Source: Verrucomicrobiales bacterium
GTDB taxonomy: Bacteria > Verrucomicrobiota > Verrucomicrobiia > Verrucomicrobiales > SLCJ01
Assembly: GCA_046075565.1 (NCBI GenBank)
Contig: JBJTQJ010000010.1
Span: 1-62,331, forward strand
Direction of reading: 5' to 3'
Length of the DNA: 62,331 nt
Positions 1 to 8,865 of this stretch are shown piece by piece. The position numbers and the translations under genes are program-made. The notes beneath the pieces were generated by a model. That model ran no database searches and was not told the DNA's origin. It was given only the letters and a program-made list of their open reading frames with translations. Each line of letters opens with the position of its first letter. Position 1 is the stretch's first letter.

Positions 1-71
1 CCGAGAGCGAGCAGTTCGACAGCTTGGACTTTGAATTCGGGGGTGTAACGCTTGCGTGGTGTCTGGTTCAT
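1..71 (-). CDS. IS3-family transposase OrfA, N-terminal fragment (partial)
   Basis: Manual translation from ATG at 71 gives MNQTPRKRYTPEFKVQAVELLALG, the RKRY.PEFK..AV.L helix-turn-helix start typical of IS3 OrfA. Confidence 0.85.
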   Translation of the reverse strand, partial: MNQTPRKRYTPEFKVQAVELLAL

Positions 72-120
72 ATCGTGCTTGATTTTCGAAGTTGATGGTC
101 CAGAAATCTAGATCAACTCA
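1..120 (-). mobile_element. Left end of an IS3-family insertion sequence (runs off the window edge)
   Basis: Minus strand from 120 reads TGAGTTGATCTAGATTTCTGGACCA (96-120), a 5'-TG...TGGACCA IS3-like terminal repeat, followed about 25 nt later by a transposase-like start. Confidence 0.8.
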
Positions 121-572
121 GGGTTTTTGCCGTCACTCAGAAAAGCACCACCTTTGTCAGCTGAGCAATTTTTCTCCTCCTCCCGTGACGAAGAACCGAA
201 AAAAAGGACGGTTGGAGTCGCGGCAAAGGTTTCCAACTTGGCCCGCTCGACGATGAATTCGAAAGAGACGCGTTCCGTGGCTTTCTCCTTCCAAGCCACA
301 ATGGTGTATTTTTCCTCGTTGGCGGATTGGGAAAGGGCTAGGGTTGCCACAGGTGGAATGAAAGGCAGTCCGGGATATTGGCCAACTGCAACTTGCAGGA
401 TCTCAGTCCCGTTGCGGTGTACCGCGATTCGGTGATTTTCCGCATATAAACGGTTAATGGAAAGATCGAAATTCACAGAGGCAGCATTTTGCGCGGCGAC
501 CGCGACAACTGACAGCAGAAGAGCAGCAATCGAAACCAGAGAAGCGAAAAATGGCTTATGGTTTGTTTTCGT
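108..572 (-). pseudogene. Secreted-protein gene truncated by the IS3 insertion; start codon apparently ACG
   Basis: Frame is open 695..108; from ACG at 572 it reads (M)KTNHKPFFASLVSIAALLLSVVAVAAQNAAS, a signal peptide; the last codons and the stop come from the IS end. Confidence 0.55.
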
Positions 573-728
573 AGTGCCAGGTTGTTTTGCAGTCCAAGGC
601 CATAATTGAAACCCGAAATGGTCGGGTTTGTCGAGGGAATTCTGGTTTCCTCGTGATCGAGCGGAGTTGGGTTGGGCTCCGAGGTATTCGTAGCCTCAAA
701 TGGTTCAGTGTTCGGCTGCGCCGTAGGC

Positions 729-838
729 CACGGGCAAGATGCCCTTGCTCCCCCTCCGGTCGTCCAGAGTTTCAGGCATTCTGCGGTGTGCAAAGGCTTG
801 GACATCCTTGTAGGGCAAGACCGGGACGGTCTTGCTAC
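729..838. repeat. Two REP-like palindromes (CACGGGCAAGATGCCCTTGCTCCCC at 729-753; GGCAAGACCGGGACGGTCTTGCTAC at 814-838)
   Basis: Hairpins with relatives at 27526-27550 and 17972-17996. Confidence 0.7.
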
Positions 839-906
839 GCTTGACGTGGAAACTCAAGGGGATATAGCCCCTGAGGAACTGGGCCAAAGGAGATCGAACC
901 CGCTGC

Positions 907-2931
907 TCAGACCTCGCTGGGGCCGTCGAGTTCGGCGAACATGGCGCGGAACATTTCCATCTCGGCCTCGCGTTCGTCGGCGGTGACGGGCTGGTTCATG
1001 ACTTCCTTGTAGTCCACCGATTCGACATGGGTCATGTCGAGTTCACGGAAGAAAGAACTCGGCATACAGGCTTGGACTTGCCCCCATTTCTTGCGCTGCA
1101 TACACCAGGTGAGGGTGAGACGGCGCATGGCGCGGGTGACCCCGACATAAAAGAGCCGGCGTTCCTCGTCGCGTCCGCCTTCCTCGAGGGCGCGTTTGTG
1201 CGGCATGGTGCCTTCCTCGACCCCGACGAGATAGACATGCGGGAATTCGAGTCCTTTGGCCGCATGCAGGGTGATGAGACTGACTCCCTGCTTTTTGTCG
1301 AGATCGTCTTTTTCTTCATCGCGGTCGCCATTGAGCGCGACGTCGTCGAGAAAGCCCTGCAATCCGGCGGAAGGATGTTTTTCCTTGTGGCGGCGCAGGT
1401 CTTCGATGATGGAGGCAATGGATTCCTCGCGGGGTTTGGCTTCTTCCGGTGTCTTGCAACTCCGGCGAGTGAATTCCATGTATTCGATTTCTTCCAACAA
1501 CCCGGAAGCGGCGGCGGCATAGTCCGTCTTCGCGGTCTCGGTCCATTTCACGACGAGGTCCCGGAACTTGTGCACGGCCTCTTTGGCGCGGGACGAGAGG
1601 GCGGGCTGGAAATCGGAATGGCCGAGCGTTTGCCAGACACTGAGCTTGAGTTCGCGGCTGCGTTCGATGGCGAGTTCGGCGGTGGCAGTGCTGAGTCCAC
1701 GCGGCGGGGTGTTCAGCACGCGCAGCAGGGCGATGTCGTCATCCGGGTGCACGAGCAGGGTCAGGTAGGCGAGTAAATCTTTGACCTCGCGGCGATCGAA
1801 GAAACTCATGCCCCCGATCATGCGGTAAGGAATGCGGCGCTCGCGCAGGCCTTCCTCGAAGAGGCGCGATTGCAGGTTGGTCCGGAAGAGGATGGCGAAG
1901 TCTTCCCACGGGCGTTTGGTGGAAAACGACAGCATCTGGATTTCATCGACGATGAAGGCGGCCTCTTCCGCATCACCGGGCATGGAGACGAGACGCACCT
2001 TGTCTTCGCCGTGGGTGCGGCTCCAGAGTTTCTTTTCCCTCCGATTCAGGTTATGCCGGATGATGCTGTTGGCGGTGTGGAGAATCGGCGTGGTGCTGCG
2101 GTAGTTCTCCTCGAGTTTGATCACCTTCGGGTCGGGGAACCAGCGCTCGAATTGCAGGAGGTTCTCGATCTCGGCCCCGCGCCATCCATAGATGCTCTGA
2201 TCGTCGTCGCCGACGACACAGACTTTGGTGAGGCTGCCGGTGAGCAGGCGGAGCAATTCGAGCTGGAGGCGGTTGGTGTCCTGGAACTCATCGACCATGA
2301 TCCAGGGAAAACGTCGACGCCATTCGTCGCGCGTGTCGGAGTGCTCGCGCAGCACACGCACGGCGAGCACGAGCAGGTCGTCGAAATCGACGGCATTCAT
2401 GGCGCGTTTTTCGTTTTCGTAATCGGTGGCGATGGCGTGGAGGAATGCGTCTTCCTCGGCGGTGATGGGTGTGCCGCGGTTTTTCGCCCCACTGATGCGG
2501 CCGATGATTTGTCCGGCTTCGACTTTTTCGTCGCGTCCGCCCCGTCGCACGAGGATGCGGCGGATGAGTCCGGTTTGTTCACTGGCCGTGTGGATGGAGA
2601 AATTCCTCTTGTAGCCGAGATGCTCGATCGATTGGCGCAAGATGCGCACGCAGAGAGAGTGGAAGGTGCAAAGGGTGAGCCGGGAGGCGACGCCGCGGGC
2701 GACCATGCCGGCGACCCGCTCTTTCATTTCGGTGGCCGCCTTGTTGGTGAAGGTGACGGCAAGGATATTCTCGGGGCGAATGCCCTGCGAGAGCATGTGC
2801 GTGATGCGGGCGGTGATGGTGCGCGTCTTTCCCGTGCCGGCTCCGGCGAGGATGAGCACATGCCCGCCCAAGGCGGTGGCGGCCTCGCGTTGCTGGGGAT
2901 TGAGTTTCGAGAGGTCGAAGCCCTGGGCCAT
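907..2931 (-). CDS. UvrD/PcrA/Rep-family ATP-dependent DNA helicase
   Basis: LNPQQ Q-motif, AGAGTGKT Walker A, VTFTNKAA, VDEFQD, VGDDDQSIY, LEENYRS, TLHAAKGLEF, EERRLFYVGVTRA. Confidence 0.96.
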   Translation of the reverse strand: MAQGFDLSKLNPQQREAATALGGHVLILAGAGTGKTRTITARITHMLSQGIRPENILAVTFTNKAATEMKERVAGMVARGVASRLTLCTFHSLCVRILRQSIEHLGYKRNFSIHTASEQTGLIRRILVRRGGRDEKVEAGQIIGRISGAKNRGTPITAEEDAFLHAIATDYENEKRAMNAVDFDDLLVLAVRVLREHSDTRDEWRRRFPWIMVDEFQDTNRLQLELLRLLTGSLTKVCVVGDDDQSIYGWRGAEIENLLQFERWFPDPKVIKLEENYRSTTPILHTANSIIRHNLNRREKKLWSRTHGEDKVRLVSMPGDAEEAAFIVDEIQMLSFSTKRPWEDFAILFRTNLQSRLFEEGLRERRIPYRMIGGMSFFDRREVKDLLAYLTLLVHPDDDIALLRVLNTPPRGLSTATAELAIERSRELKLSVWQTLGHSDFQPALSSRAKEAVHKFRDLVVKWTETAKTDYAAAASGLLEEIEYMEFTRRSCKTPEEAKPREESIASIIEDLRRHKEKHPSAGLQGFLDDVALNGDRDEEKDDLDKKQGVSLITLHAAKGLEFPHVYLVGVEEGTMPHKRALEEGGRDEERRLFYVGVTRAMRRLTLTWCMQRKKWGQVQACMPSSFFRELDMTHVESVDYKEVMNQPVTADEREAEMEMFRAMFAELDGPSEV

Positions 2932-3027
2932 GGCGTGGGGGACGAGAAAAAACGGGGGGGGGAACGACCGGATGACCGGCCGTTCAGTTGGGCAAGCAAA
3001 GCGCGTGCCGGGTTTGCCGCGGGCGGC

Positions 3028-4194
3028 TCAGTAGGCGCGGCAGAAGTCCTCGAAGCGATCGAGGCCTTCTTTGATCACGTCAAGCGAGGTGGCGTAGGAG
3101 AGACGCACGGTTTGATCATCGCCGAAGGCTTCGCCGGGCACGACCGCGACCTTGTGGCGGCTGAGCAGTTTGTCGGCGAAGTTGATCGATTTGAGTTGCG
3201 TCTTCTTGATGTTGACGAGGAAGTAGAAGGCACCCTGCGGTTCGACGGTCGAGATGTTGTTGATGCGGCGCAGGCGGCTGAGCATGTATTTGCGGCGCAT
3301 GTCGAATTCCTCGCGCATTTCCTTGACCGGACCTTGGTCACCGACGAGCGCGGCAATGGCTCCGTATTGAGCAAAGGTGGTGGGTGCGGAGGTGGTGTGG
3401 CTCTGGATGGTGTCGATGGCCTTGGCGATCTCCTTCGGCGCGGCGGTGTAACCAAGACGCCAACCGGTCATGGCATAGGCTTTGGAAAAGCCGTTCACCG
3501 TGATGGTGATGTCGCGCACTTCATTGGAGAGCGAGGCGATCGAAACATGTTCGTTGCCTTCGTAAACGAGTTTTTCGTAGATTTCGTCGGAGAGAATGAC
3601 GATGTCCTCGGAGAGCGCGACCTCGGCGAGGGCTTCGAGTTCGGCGCGGGTGTAGATGGTGCCCGTGGGATTGCCGGGGCTGTTGAGGATGACCATCTTG
3701 GTGCGCGGCGAGATGTTTTCCTCGAAGAGTTCGGGCGTGAGTTTCCACCCTTGTTTTTCTTCGGTGCGAACGGGCACGGGCACACCACTGACCAGGCGAA
3801 CCATTTCCGGATAACTCGTCCAGTAGGGCGCGGGAATGATGACTTCATCACCGGGGCTGACAACCGCCGCGATGGCATTGTAGCAGGAGTGTTTGGCTCC
3901 GCAGTTGACGGAGATGTCACCGACCGAGTATTCGATGCCGTTTTCGGCCATGAGTTTGGCGGCGATGGCCTCGCGGAGAGTCGGCAGACCGGCGGAAGCG
4001 GTGTATTTGGTGGCCCCGCTCTGGAGGGCGGCGATGGCAGCGGCCTTGATGTGCTCGGGGGTGTCGAAATCCGGCTCCCCTGCCCCGAAACTGCAAACGT
4101 CTTCTCCTTTGGCCTTCATTTCGGCGGCGCGGGCCGTCACGGCAAGGGTCATCGAGGGGGCGAGCTGGGAGATGGTCTGGGATACAAGGTCCAT
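3028..4194 (-). CDS. PLP-dependent class I/II (aspartate-type) aminotransferase
   Basis: GAGEPDF, NSPGNPTG, SDEIY, NGFSKAYAMTGWRLG; start placed at MDLVSQ (4194). Confidence 0.93.
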   Translation of the reverse strand: MDLVSQTISQLAPSMTLAVTARAAEMKAKGEDVCSFGAGEPDFDTPEHIKAAAIAALQSGATKYTASAGLPTLREAIAAKLMAENGIEYSVGDISVNCGAKHSCYNAIAAVVSPGDEVIIPAPYWTSYPEMVRLVSGVPVPVRTEEKQGWKLTPELFEENISPRTKMVILNSPGNPTGTIYTRAELEALAEVALSEDIVILSDEIYEKLVYEGNEHVSIASLSNEVRDITITVNGFSKAYAMTGWRLGYTAAPKEIAKAIDTIQSHTTSAPTTFAQYGAIAALVGDQGPVKEMREEFDMRRKYMLSRLRRINNISTVEPQGAFYFLVNIKKTQLKSINFADKLLSRHKVAVVPGEAFGDDQTVRLSYATSLDVIKEGLDRFEDFCRAY

Positions 4195-4321
4195 GGCTTG
4201 GGAATGCGGATAGGGTAAATTTGGCCGCGTTGGCGGGTACATAGCGTCGGCAGATTCGGGACCGATGCAAGAAGAAACCTGCGCCACGGAGATTTCCGGG
4301 CGATTTTCGGGTTTTCGGGCG

Positions 4322-4425
4322 GGTTCGGTGCAACCACAATCCTGTGGTTGCAGAAGATGCGAGAAACATGGCAATGCATTCGCCGCGCCCCTGCCGCCAC
4401 GACAAGATTGTCGTGGCTCCGAACC
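4322..4425. repeat. Inverted REP-like doublet
   Basis: GGTTCGGTGCAACCACAATCCTGTGGTTGC (4322-4351) versus reverse complement of 4396-4425, GGTTCGGAGCCACGACAATCTTGTCGTGGC. Confidence 0.8.
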
Positions 4426-4467
4426 AGATCCCGACCCTCCGGATTTCTCGCGAAACCCCGCCGCCCT

Positions 4468-5676
4468 TCACGGATCCTTTTTCTTCAAGGTGCTTTCCAC
4501 TCCGCAGGCCCGGGCGAGACCGGAGGCCTTGTGGTGGGTTTCGTCGAATTCCGCGCCGGGGTCTGAGCCTTCGACGATGCCGGAGCCGGCATGGAAAGAG
4601 AGGCGGTTTCCGCGCAAGACGGCGGTGCGAATGGCGATGTTGAAGCAGGCCCGGCGGGGACCGAACATCCAGCCGATGGCTCCGGTGTAGAAACCACGGG
4701 GGACGGGTTCCAGTTCCCGGATGATCTCGATGGCGCGTTTTTTCGGGGCACCGGTGATGGAGCCGCCGGGGAAAAGCGCTTGCCAGATGGCGGGCCAATC
4801 GGCCCCGGCGCGCAGCTCCCCCGCCACGGTGGAGACGAGGTGATGGACCTGGGGAAAGGATTCGAGCACACAGAGGGCCTCGACATTGACCGAACCGGTG
4901 GTGCAGACGCGCCCGAGGTCGTTGCGTTCAAGATCGGTGATCATGACCAATTCCGCGCGTTCCTTGGGCGAATCGACCAACTCCTGGCGCATCCGGGTGT
5001 CTTCTTCGGGCGTGCCCCCGCGTGGTCGCGTGCCTTTGATCGGCCGGGTAAGGAGCCGCGCATCGCGCCGGTCGAAGAAGGTTTCCGGGGAGGCGGAGAG
5101 CAGGCAACATTCCCCGAGGTCGAGGAAAGCGGCGTGCGGGGCCGGAGAAATGGCGCGGAGTCGGCGGTAAAGGGCCATGGGGTCGGGCGCATTTTCCCAT
5201 CCGGCCTCGAACCGGTGGGCGAGATTGACCTGATAGATGTCTCCGGCGGCGATGTAGTCCTTGGCGCGGCGAACGAGGTCGATGAAGGTTTGGCGATCGA
5301 GGCCGGGGTCCCAGGAAACCGGCGGCGCGACCGGGGAGGCGGGCTCGGGCGGCCCTTCCGCTCGCGGTGCGTGGCGATGGGCGTTCCATGCCTGACCCGG
5401 CGAGGGACGATGCCAAAATCCGGGATACCGGGAAAAGGTCCAATCGCCCTCGTAGCCAATGGCACCAGCCCAGAATTCCCCTTCGGCAGGCACGGGTGGG
5501 CTGTCGTCCGGCCAACGACCCGAAAGAACCCGGTCGGGGTTGGCGGCGACCCACTCGCCGCCCCAGCGTCCGCTGCAGGTGGCGTCGTCGAAGATGACCC
5601 GCCGGGTCGCGCCGGAAAGCGCCGCTCCCAGGTCGGCGGCGTTGATTTCGGCGGGATGAGGCGGCGGTGATTCCAT
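4468..5676 (-). CDS. pabB: Aminodeoxychorismate synthase component I / anthranilate synthase component I family
   Basis: GDIYQVNL, SASPETF, RPIKGTRPR (PabB-type PIKGT), ELVMITDLERNDLGRV, FPGGSITGAPK. Confidence 0.85.
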   Translation of the reverse strand: MESPPPHPAEINAADLGAALSGATRRVIFDDATCSGRWGGEWVAANPDRVLSGRWPDDSPPVPAEGEFWAGAIGYEGDWTFSRYPGFWHRPSPGQAWNAHRHAPRAEGPPEPASPVAPPVSWDPGLDRQTFIDLVRRAKDYIAAGDIYQVNLAHRFEAGWENAPDPMALYRRLRAISPAPHAAFLDLGECCLLSASPETFFDRRDARLLTRPIKGTRPRGGTPEEDTRMRQELVDSPKERAELVMITDLERNDLGRVCTTGSVNVEALCVLESFPQVHHLVSTVAGELRAGADWPAIWQALFPGGSITGAPKKRAIEIIRELEPVPRGFYTGAIGWMFGPRRACFNIAIRTAVLRGNRLSFHAGSGIVEGSDPGAEFDETHHKASGLARACGVESTLKKKDP

Positions 5677-5784
5677 GAGGCGAATTACGTTTCACGATGC
5701 GGGAAAAGCAGCCCGCATGCAAGTGGCGCCAAGGTGCGCGCGCTCCTTGACCGATGCACAACCTTCGTCGAATATCATCGTGTC

Positions 5785-6939
5785 ATGGGTTTTGGTGAAA
5801 AAGACGCGGCCATTTGTTGCCGCCCACGCGGGAGCGCGCTGGGCGCGACGTTGGGGCTGCTGGCCATTGTCGCCTTGTCCCAGCTCTTCTTGTTTTTCAA
5901 TCTGCAGGGCAAAACAACCGGCGCGGACAAAGCCGGCACCGCCCCTGAAGTCGCGGCCGGTGTCGCTGTCGCGGAAATCCCGGCCCAGGCGAACTTGGCC
6001 AATTCTTTGCCGACGGAACTGCCACCCTTGGAGGAACCAGTGGAAATCCGGAATCTGGCAGCTTCTGCGGCGAAAAAACTCGTGGCCAACCCGGAGCCAC
6101 CAGCCGCGAGTTCGACGGCTCTTGATCTTAGCGGCGTGGATCCAGCCATCCTGCCACGCGATGATTTGAAAGTATTGGTCGCTGAGTCGATTCGTCTGCG
6201 CCGGGAGGGAAACATGGCGGGAGCTGTGGGCAAGCTCAACACGGCGTTGGACGCGCTCCCCGGTCATCCGCGGTTGGTTTTCGAAATGGCTTCCACGTAT
6301 GAAGCCATGGGGATGACAGAGCGGGCCATGGAAAGCTATCGAAATGTGGCGGCCATGGGACCTCGCGCCGGTGTGCTCCAACCAATCGCCGAACGCCGCC
6401 TTCAGGATGTGACCGAAGCCGTGGCCGGCAAAGGAAGCGCTGGTAGTGACGACATACTTTTTCTCGGCGACATCGAGGAGGTGCGCGAGCCGGCTTTGGA
6501 TGGTGAAACCATGCTCCTGCGTTTCGACATCCAAGCCCAACCGGGCACCGTGGTGGACGCCACGAAGGTTTCCCTGCCCGTGAAATTTTTTGATCTGGTT
6601 GGAGGAAATCTCACCGAACCTTCCATGGCGGAAAACCCGGCCGTGCGCTGGGCCACTCCCCCTGTGGACTGGAAAGAGCCGGGCATCGAAACGGTGGAGG
6701 TCCGCTACCATCTTCCCTCCTCGCTGCGCGATGAGGGTCCGCGCGAACGCAAATACCTCGGTTACGTGGTCGAACTCCGTTATCGCGAAAACCTTCTGGA
6801 CGTGGTTTCCCGTCCGCGGCGCTTGGTCATGGAAAGTCCGCCCGCTTTGCCAGCGTTTACTCCAGCGATCCAAGACCTGCCGGGCGAACTGCCAGAGGAA
6901 CTTCCGGGTAACCTCGGCGGTCCTCTGCTGGGTCCCTGA
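5785..6939 (+). CDS. Membrane-anchored TPR-containing hypothetical protein
   Basis: N-terminal TM helix, Pro/Ala linker, TPR-like helices (AVGKLNTALDALPGHPRLVFEMASTYEAMGMTERAMESYRNV), C-terminal beta-rich domain; start uncertain (5734 or 5785). Confidence 0.65.
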   Translation: MGFGEKDAAICCRPRGSALGATLGLLAIVALSQLFLFFNLQGKTTGADKAGTAPEVAAGVAVAEIPAQANLANSLPTELPPLEEPVEIRNLAASAAKKLVANPEPPAASSTALDLSGVDPAILPRDDLKVLVAESIRLRREGNMAGAVGKLNTALDALPGHPRLVFEMASTYEAMGMTERAMESYRNVAAMGPRAGVLQPIAERRLQDVTEAVAGKGSAGSDDILFLGDIEEVREPALDGETMLLRFDIQAQPGTVVDATKVSLPVKFFDLVGGNLTEPSMAENPAVRWATPPVDWKEPGIETVEVRYHLPSSLRDEGPRERKYLGYVVELRYRENLLDVVSRPRRLVMESPPALPAFTPAIQDLPGELPEELPGNLGGPLLGP

Positions 6940-6981
6940 ACCGAATTTCACCACTTCACATCCCACGATTTTATCTTCACC

Positions 6982-8865
6982 GTGCTAGTCTTACTCCAAA
7001 ATCACGATCCGAGGCACCTCGAGCTCATGACCGAAACGCTGAACCTGCGCGGGGATGACGCCCGGGGCTCGTCGGACTTGCTCGAGCTTCGCCATCTGGC
7101 GGCATCCAACGAGCCCGCTGGAGCAGTGTTTCTCGATTACACCGAAGAGGCGATCGAGTGGCGAAGCATTTACAAACAAACCAATCCGAATTGCCGGTTT
7201 GTTTTCTTCTCTCCCCGGTCGGAGATGAACGATGTCATGGCCAAGTATCCGGATCTATCGATTCTCCCCGCACCCGGCACGGCATTGGCGGCCCGTTGCC
7301 TTGTCTCCGCCGCTCCGGATACCGATCCCGCATGCGAACTCGGCGACTACCAGTTGATCGAAATCCAGGCACTCGACAGCCGCAGCCATATTTTCCGCGC
7401 TCTCCAGCGCTCGATCCAGCGTCCGGTGGTGCTGCGTCTTTTGAACCAAGAGAACGAAATTGATGAAGCTGCGTTGAACGCGTTTCTCGATGACGCCCGG
7501 GCGAAAGCCGCGATCAACCATGACCGGGTCGGAGCCGTGTTCCAAGCCCTTGAGGATCGGGGCTCGGTCTTCTACACCGCCGAATCAATCGAAGGCACTT
7601 CACTGCACAGCATGGCCGCCGCCGGCCAAACTCTTCCTCCCCGTCAGGTGCTGGACGTCGCGCGCACGGTAGCTTCCGCCTTGGCCCATGTCGCATCGAA
7701 GAACCTCAACTGCGCGCCCATTGAACTGCGGCACATCCATTTGAGCGGCCCGCAGTCCACTCCACGGTTGGCGAACCCCGCAACCTTGGGCACCGCAACG
7801 CCGGGCACGTGGAGCAACATCTTGCAGCACACGTTTTCGTTATTGGCCCCTCTGGTCGATGCGGCGGCATCCCATTCCGGGGAGGTGCAAACATGGCTCA
7901 GCGGAGTCGCAGCCCGCCCGGCGGGTTCGGTCGATCCGAGCGATATCGTCTCGGAAATCCGCAACCAAATCGCCCATATGGAAGACCGCGTGCCGGCCGC
8001 TACAAGCGCACGCACCCAACCCGGCAAGCCCCCCCGCTCGACCACCTTGATGGTCGGCGCGGCCGTGCTTGCTCTTGCCATCATCGGGTGGATCATAAGC
8101 GCGGCGATGAAAAAGCCACCTCAACGGGTGGTCGGCGACACGGAGACCATCGTTTCTTTCGCGGGCGGCGAATTCGAGCATCCGGAAATGGGCACCATCC
8201 GGTTCGCGCCATTTAACATCGACAAATACGAGGTCACGATCCGGCAATACGCCGAATTCCTGCAAGCCATCGCCTCCCAACCACCCGCGGAGAATCCAGA
8301 GCCCAAAGAGAATCAACGCCCGGAGAAGAAGAGCCACGAACCCGCCGATTGGTCCGTTTACTATCCGATCGCAGTGACCGGCGGTGAATTCGGGGGACGA
8401 AAGCTCACGCTTGATTGTCCTGTATTCAATGTGGACTGGAGGAATGCCGCCGCCTATGCAAAATGGAGAAACCGCCGCTTGCCCACGCAGGAAGAATGGG
8501 AACTCGTCGCGCGCGGAAACTCGTGGCGGAAATACCCATGGGGAGATCAGTGGTCGGCCGCGAAAGCAAATTCAGCCGACAAGCCGGTGGCGTTGGAAGA
8601 GCACCAGGCATGGTCGCCGGTGGACTTGCCGGAAGGCGATCGCACTCCGGAAAATGTCGCCGGCCTCGCGGGTAATGTTTCCGAGTGGACCTCTTCGGAA
8701 GCCGTGCATCCGGAAGATCCCAACCGCACCGTGCCCGTGGTCAAAGGTGGCTCCTTCATGACGAGAGGCGACATCGATGCAGGGAAACGCGTGAGCGTTC
8801 TTTCGCGCAACGAACAAAAAACCTGGCTGGGCTTCCGCACCGCCACCACCCTGAGCAATCCATGA
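6982..8865 (+). CDS. Pseudo-receiver + Ser/Thr pseudokinase + TM + FGE/SUMF1-like domain protein
   Basis: Kinase-like N-lobe (LGDYQL..IFRALQRSIQRPVVLRLL..FLDDARAKAAINH), TM helix, FGE motifs IDKYEVT, PVFNVDW, RRLPTQEEWE, YPWG, LAGNVSEWT, GFRT. Confidence 0.8.
   Translation: MLVLLQNHDPRHLELMTETLNLRGDDARGSSDLLELRHLAASNEPAGAVFLDYTEEAIEWRSIYKQTNPNCRFVFFSPRSEMNDVMAKYPDLSILPAPGTALAARCLVSAAPDTDPACELGDYQLIEIQALDSRSHIFRALQRSIQRPVVLRLLNQENEIDEAALNAFLDDARAKAAINHDRVGAVFQALEDRGSVFYTAESIEGTSLHSMAAAGQTLPPRQVLDVARTVASALAHVASKNLNCAPIELRHIHLSGPQSTPRLANPATLGTATPGTWSNILQHTFSLLAPLVDAAASHSGEVQTWLSGVAARPAGSVDPSDIVSEIRNQIAHMEDRVPAATSARTQPGKPPRSTTLMVGAAVLALAIIGWIISAAMKKPPQRVVGDTETIVSFAGGEFEHPEMGTIRFAPFNIDKYEVTIRQYAEFLQAIASQPPAENPEPKENQRPEKKSHEPADWSVYYPIAVTGGEFGGRKLTLDCPVFNVDWRNAAAYAKWRNRRLPTQEEWELVARGNSWRKYPWGDQWSAAKANSADKPVALEEHQAWSPVDLPEGDRTPENVAGLAGNVSEWTSSEAVHPEDPNRTVPVVKGGSFMTRGDIDAGKRVSVLSRNEQKTWLGFRTATTLSNP

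Noticed and set aside
2946-2962. A7 and G9 homopolymer runs upstream of the helicase as a phase-variation tract
   Set aside because: Intergenic, not between recognisable promoter boxes, and the downstream gene is housekeeping; may also be a sequencing artefact
1870-4218. 782-aa plus-strand ORF
   Set aside because: Antisense shadow of the helicase and aminotransferase genes; typical of high-GC codon bias and has no motifs
6982-8865. FGE-domain protein as a diversity-generating retroelement target
   Set aside because: No reverse transcriptase and no template repeat of its 3' end found in the window
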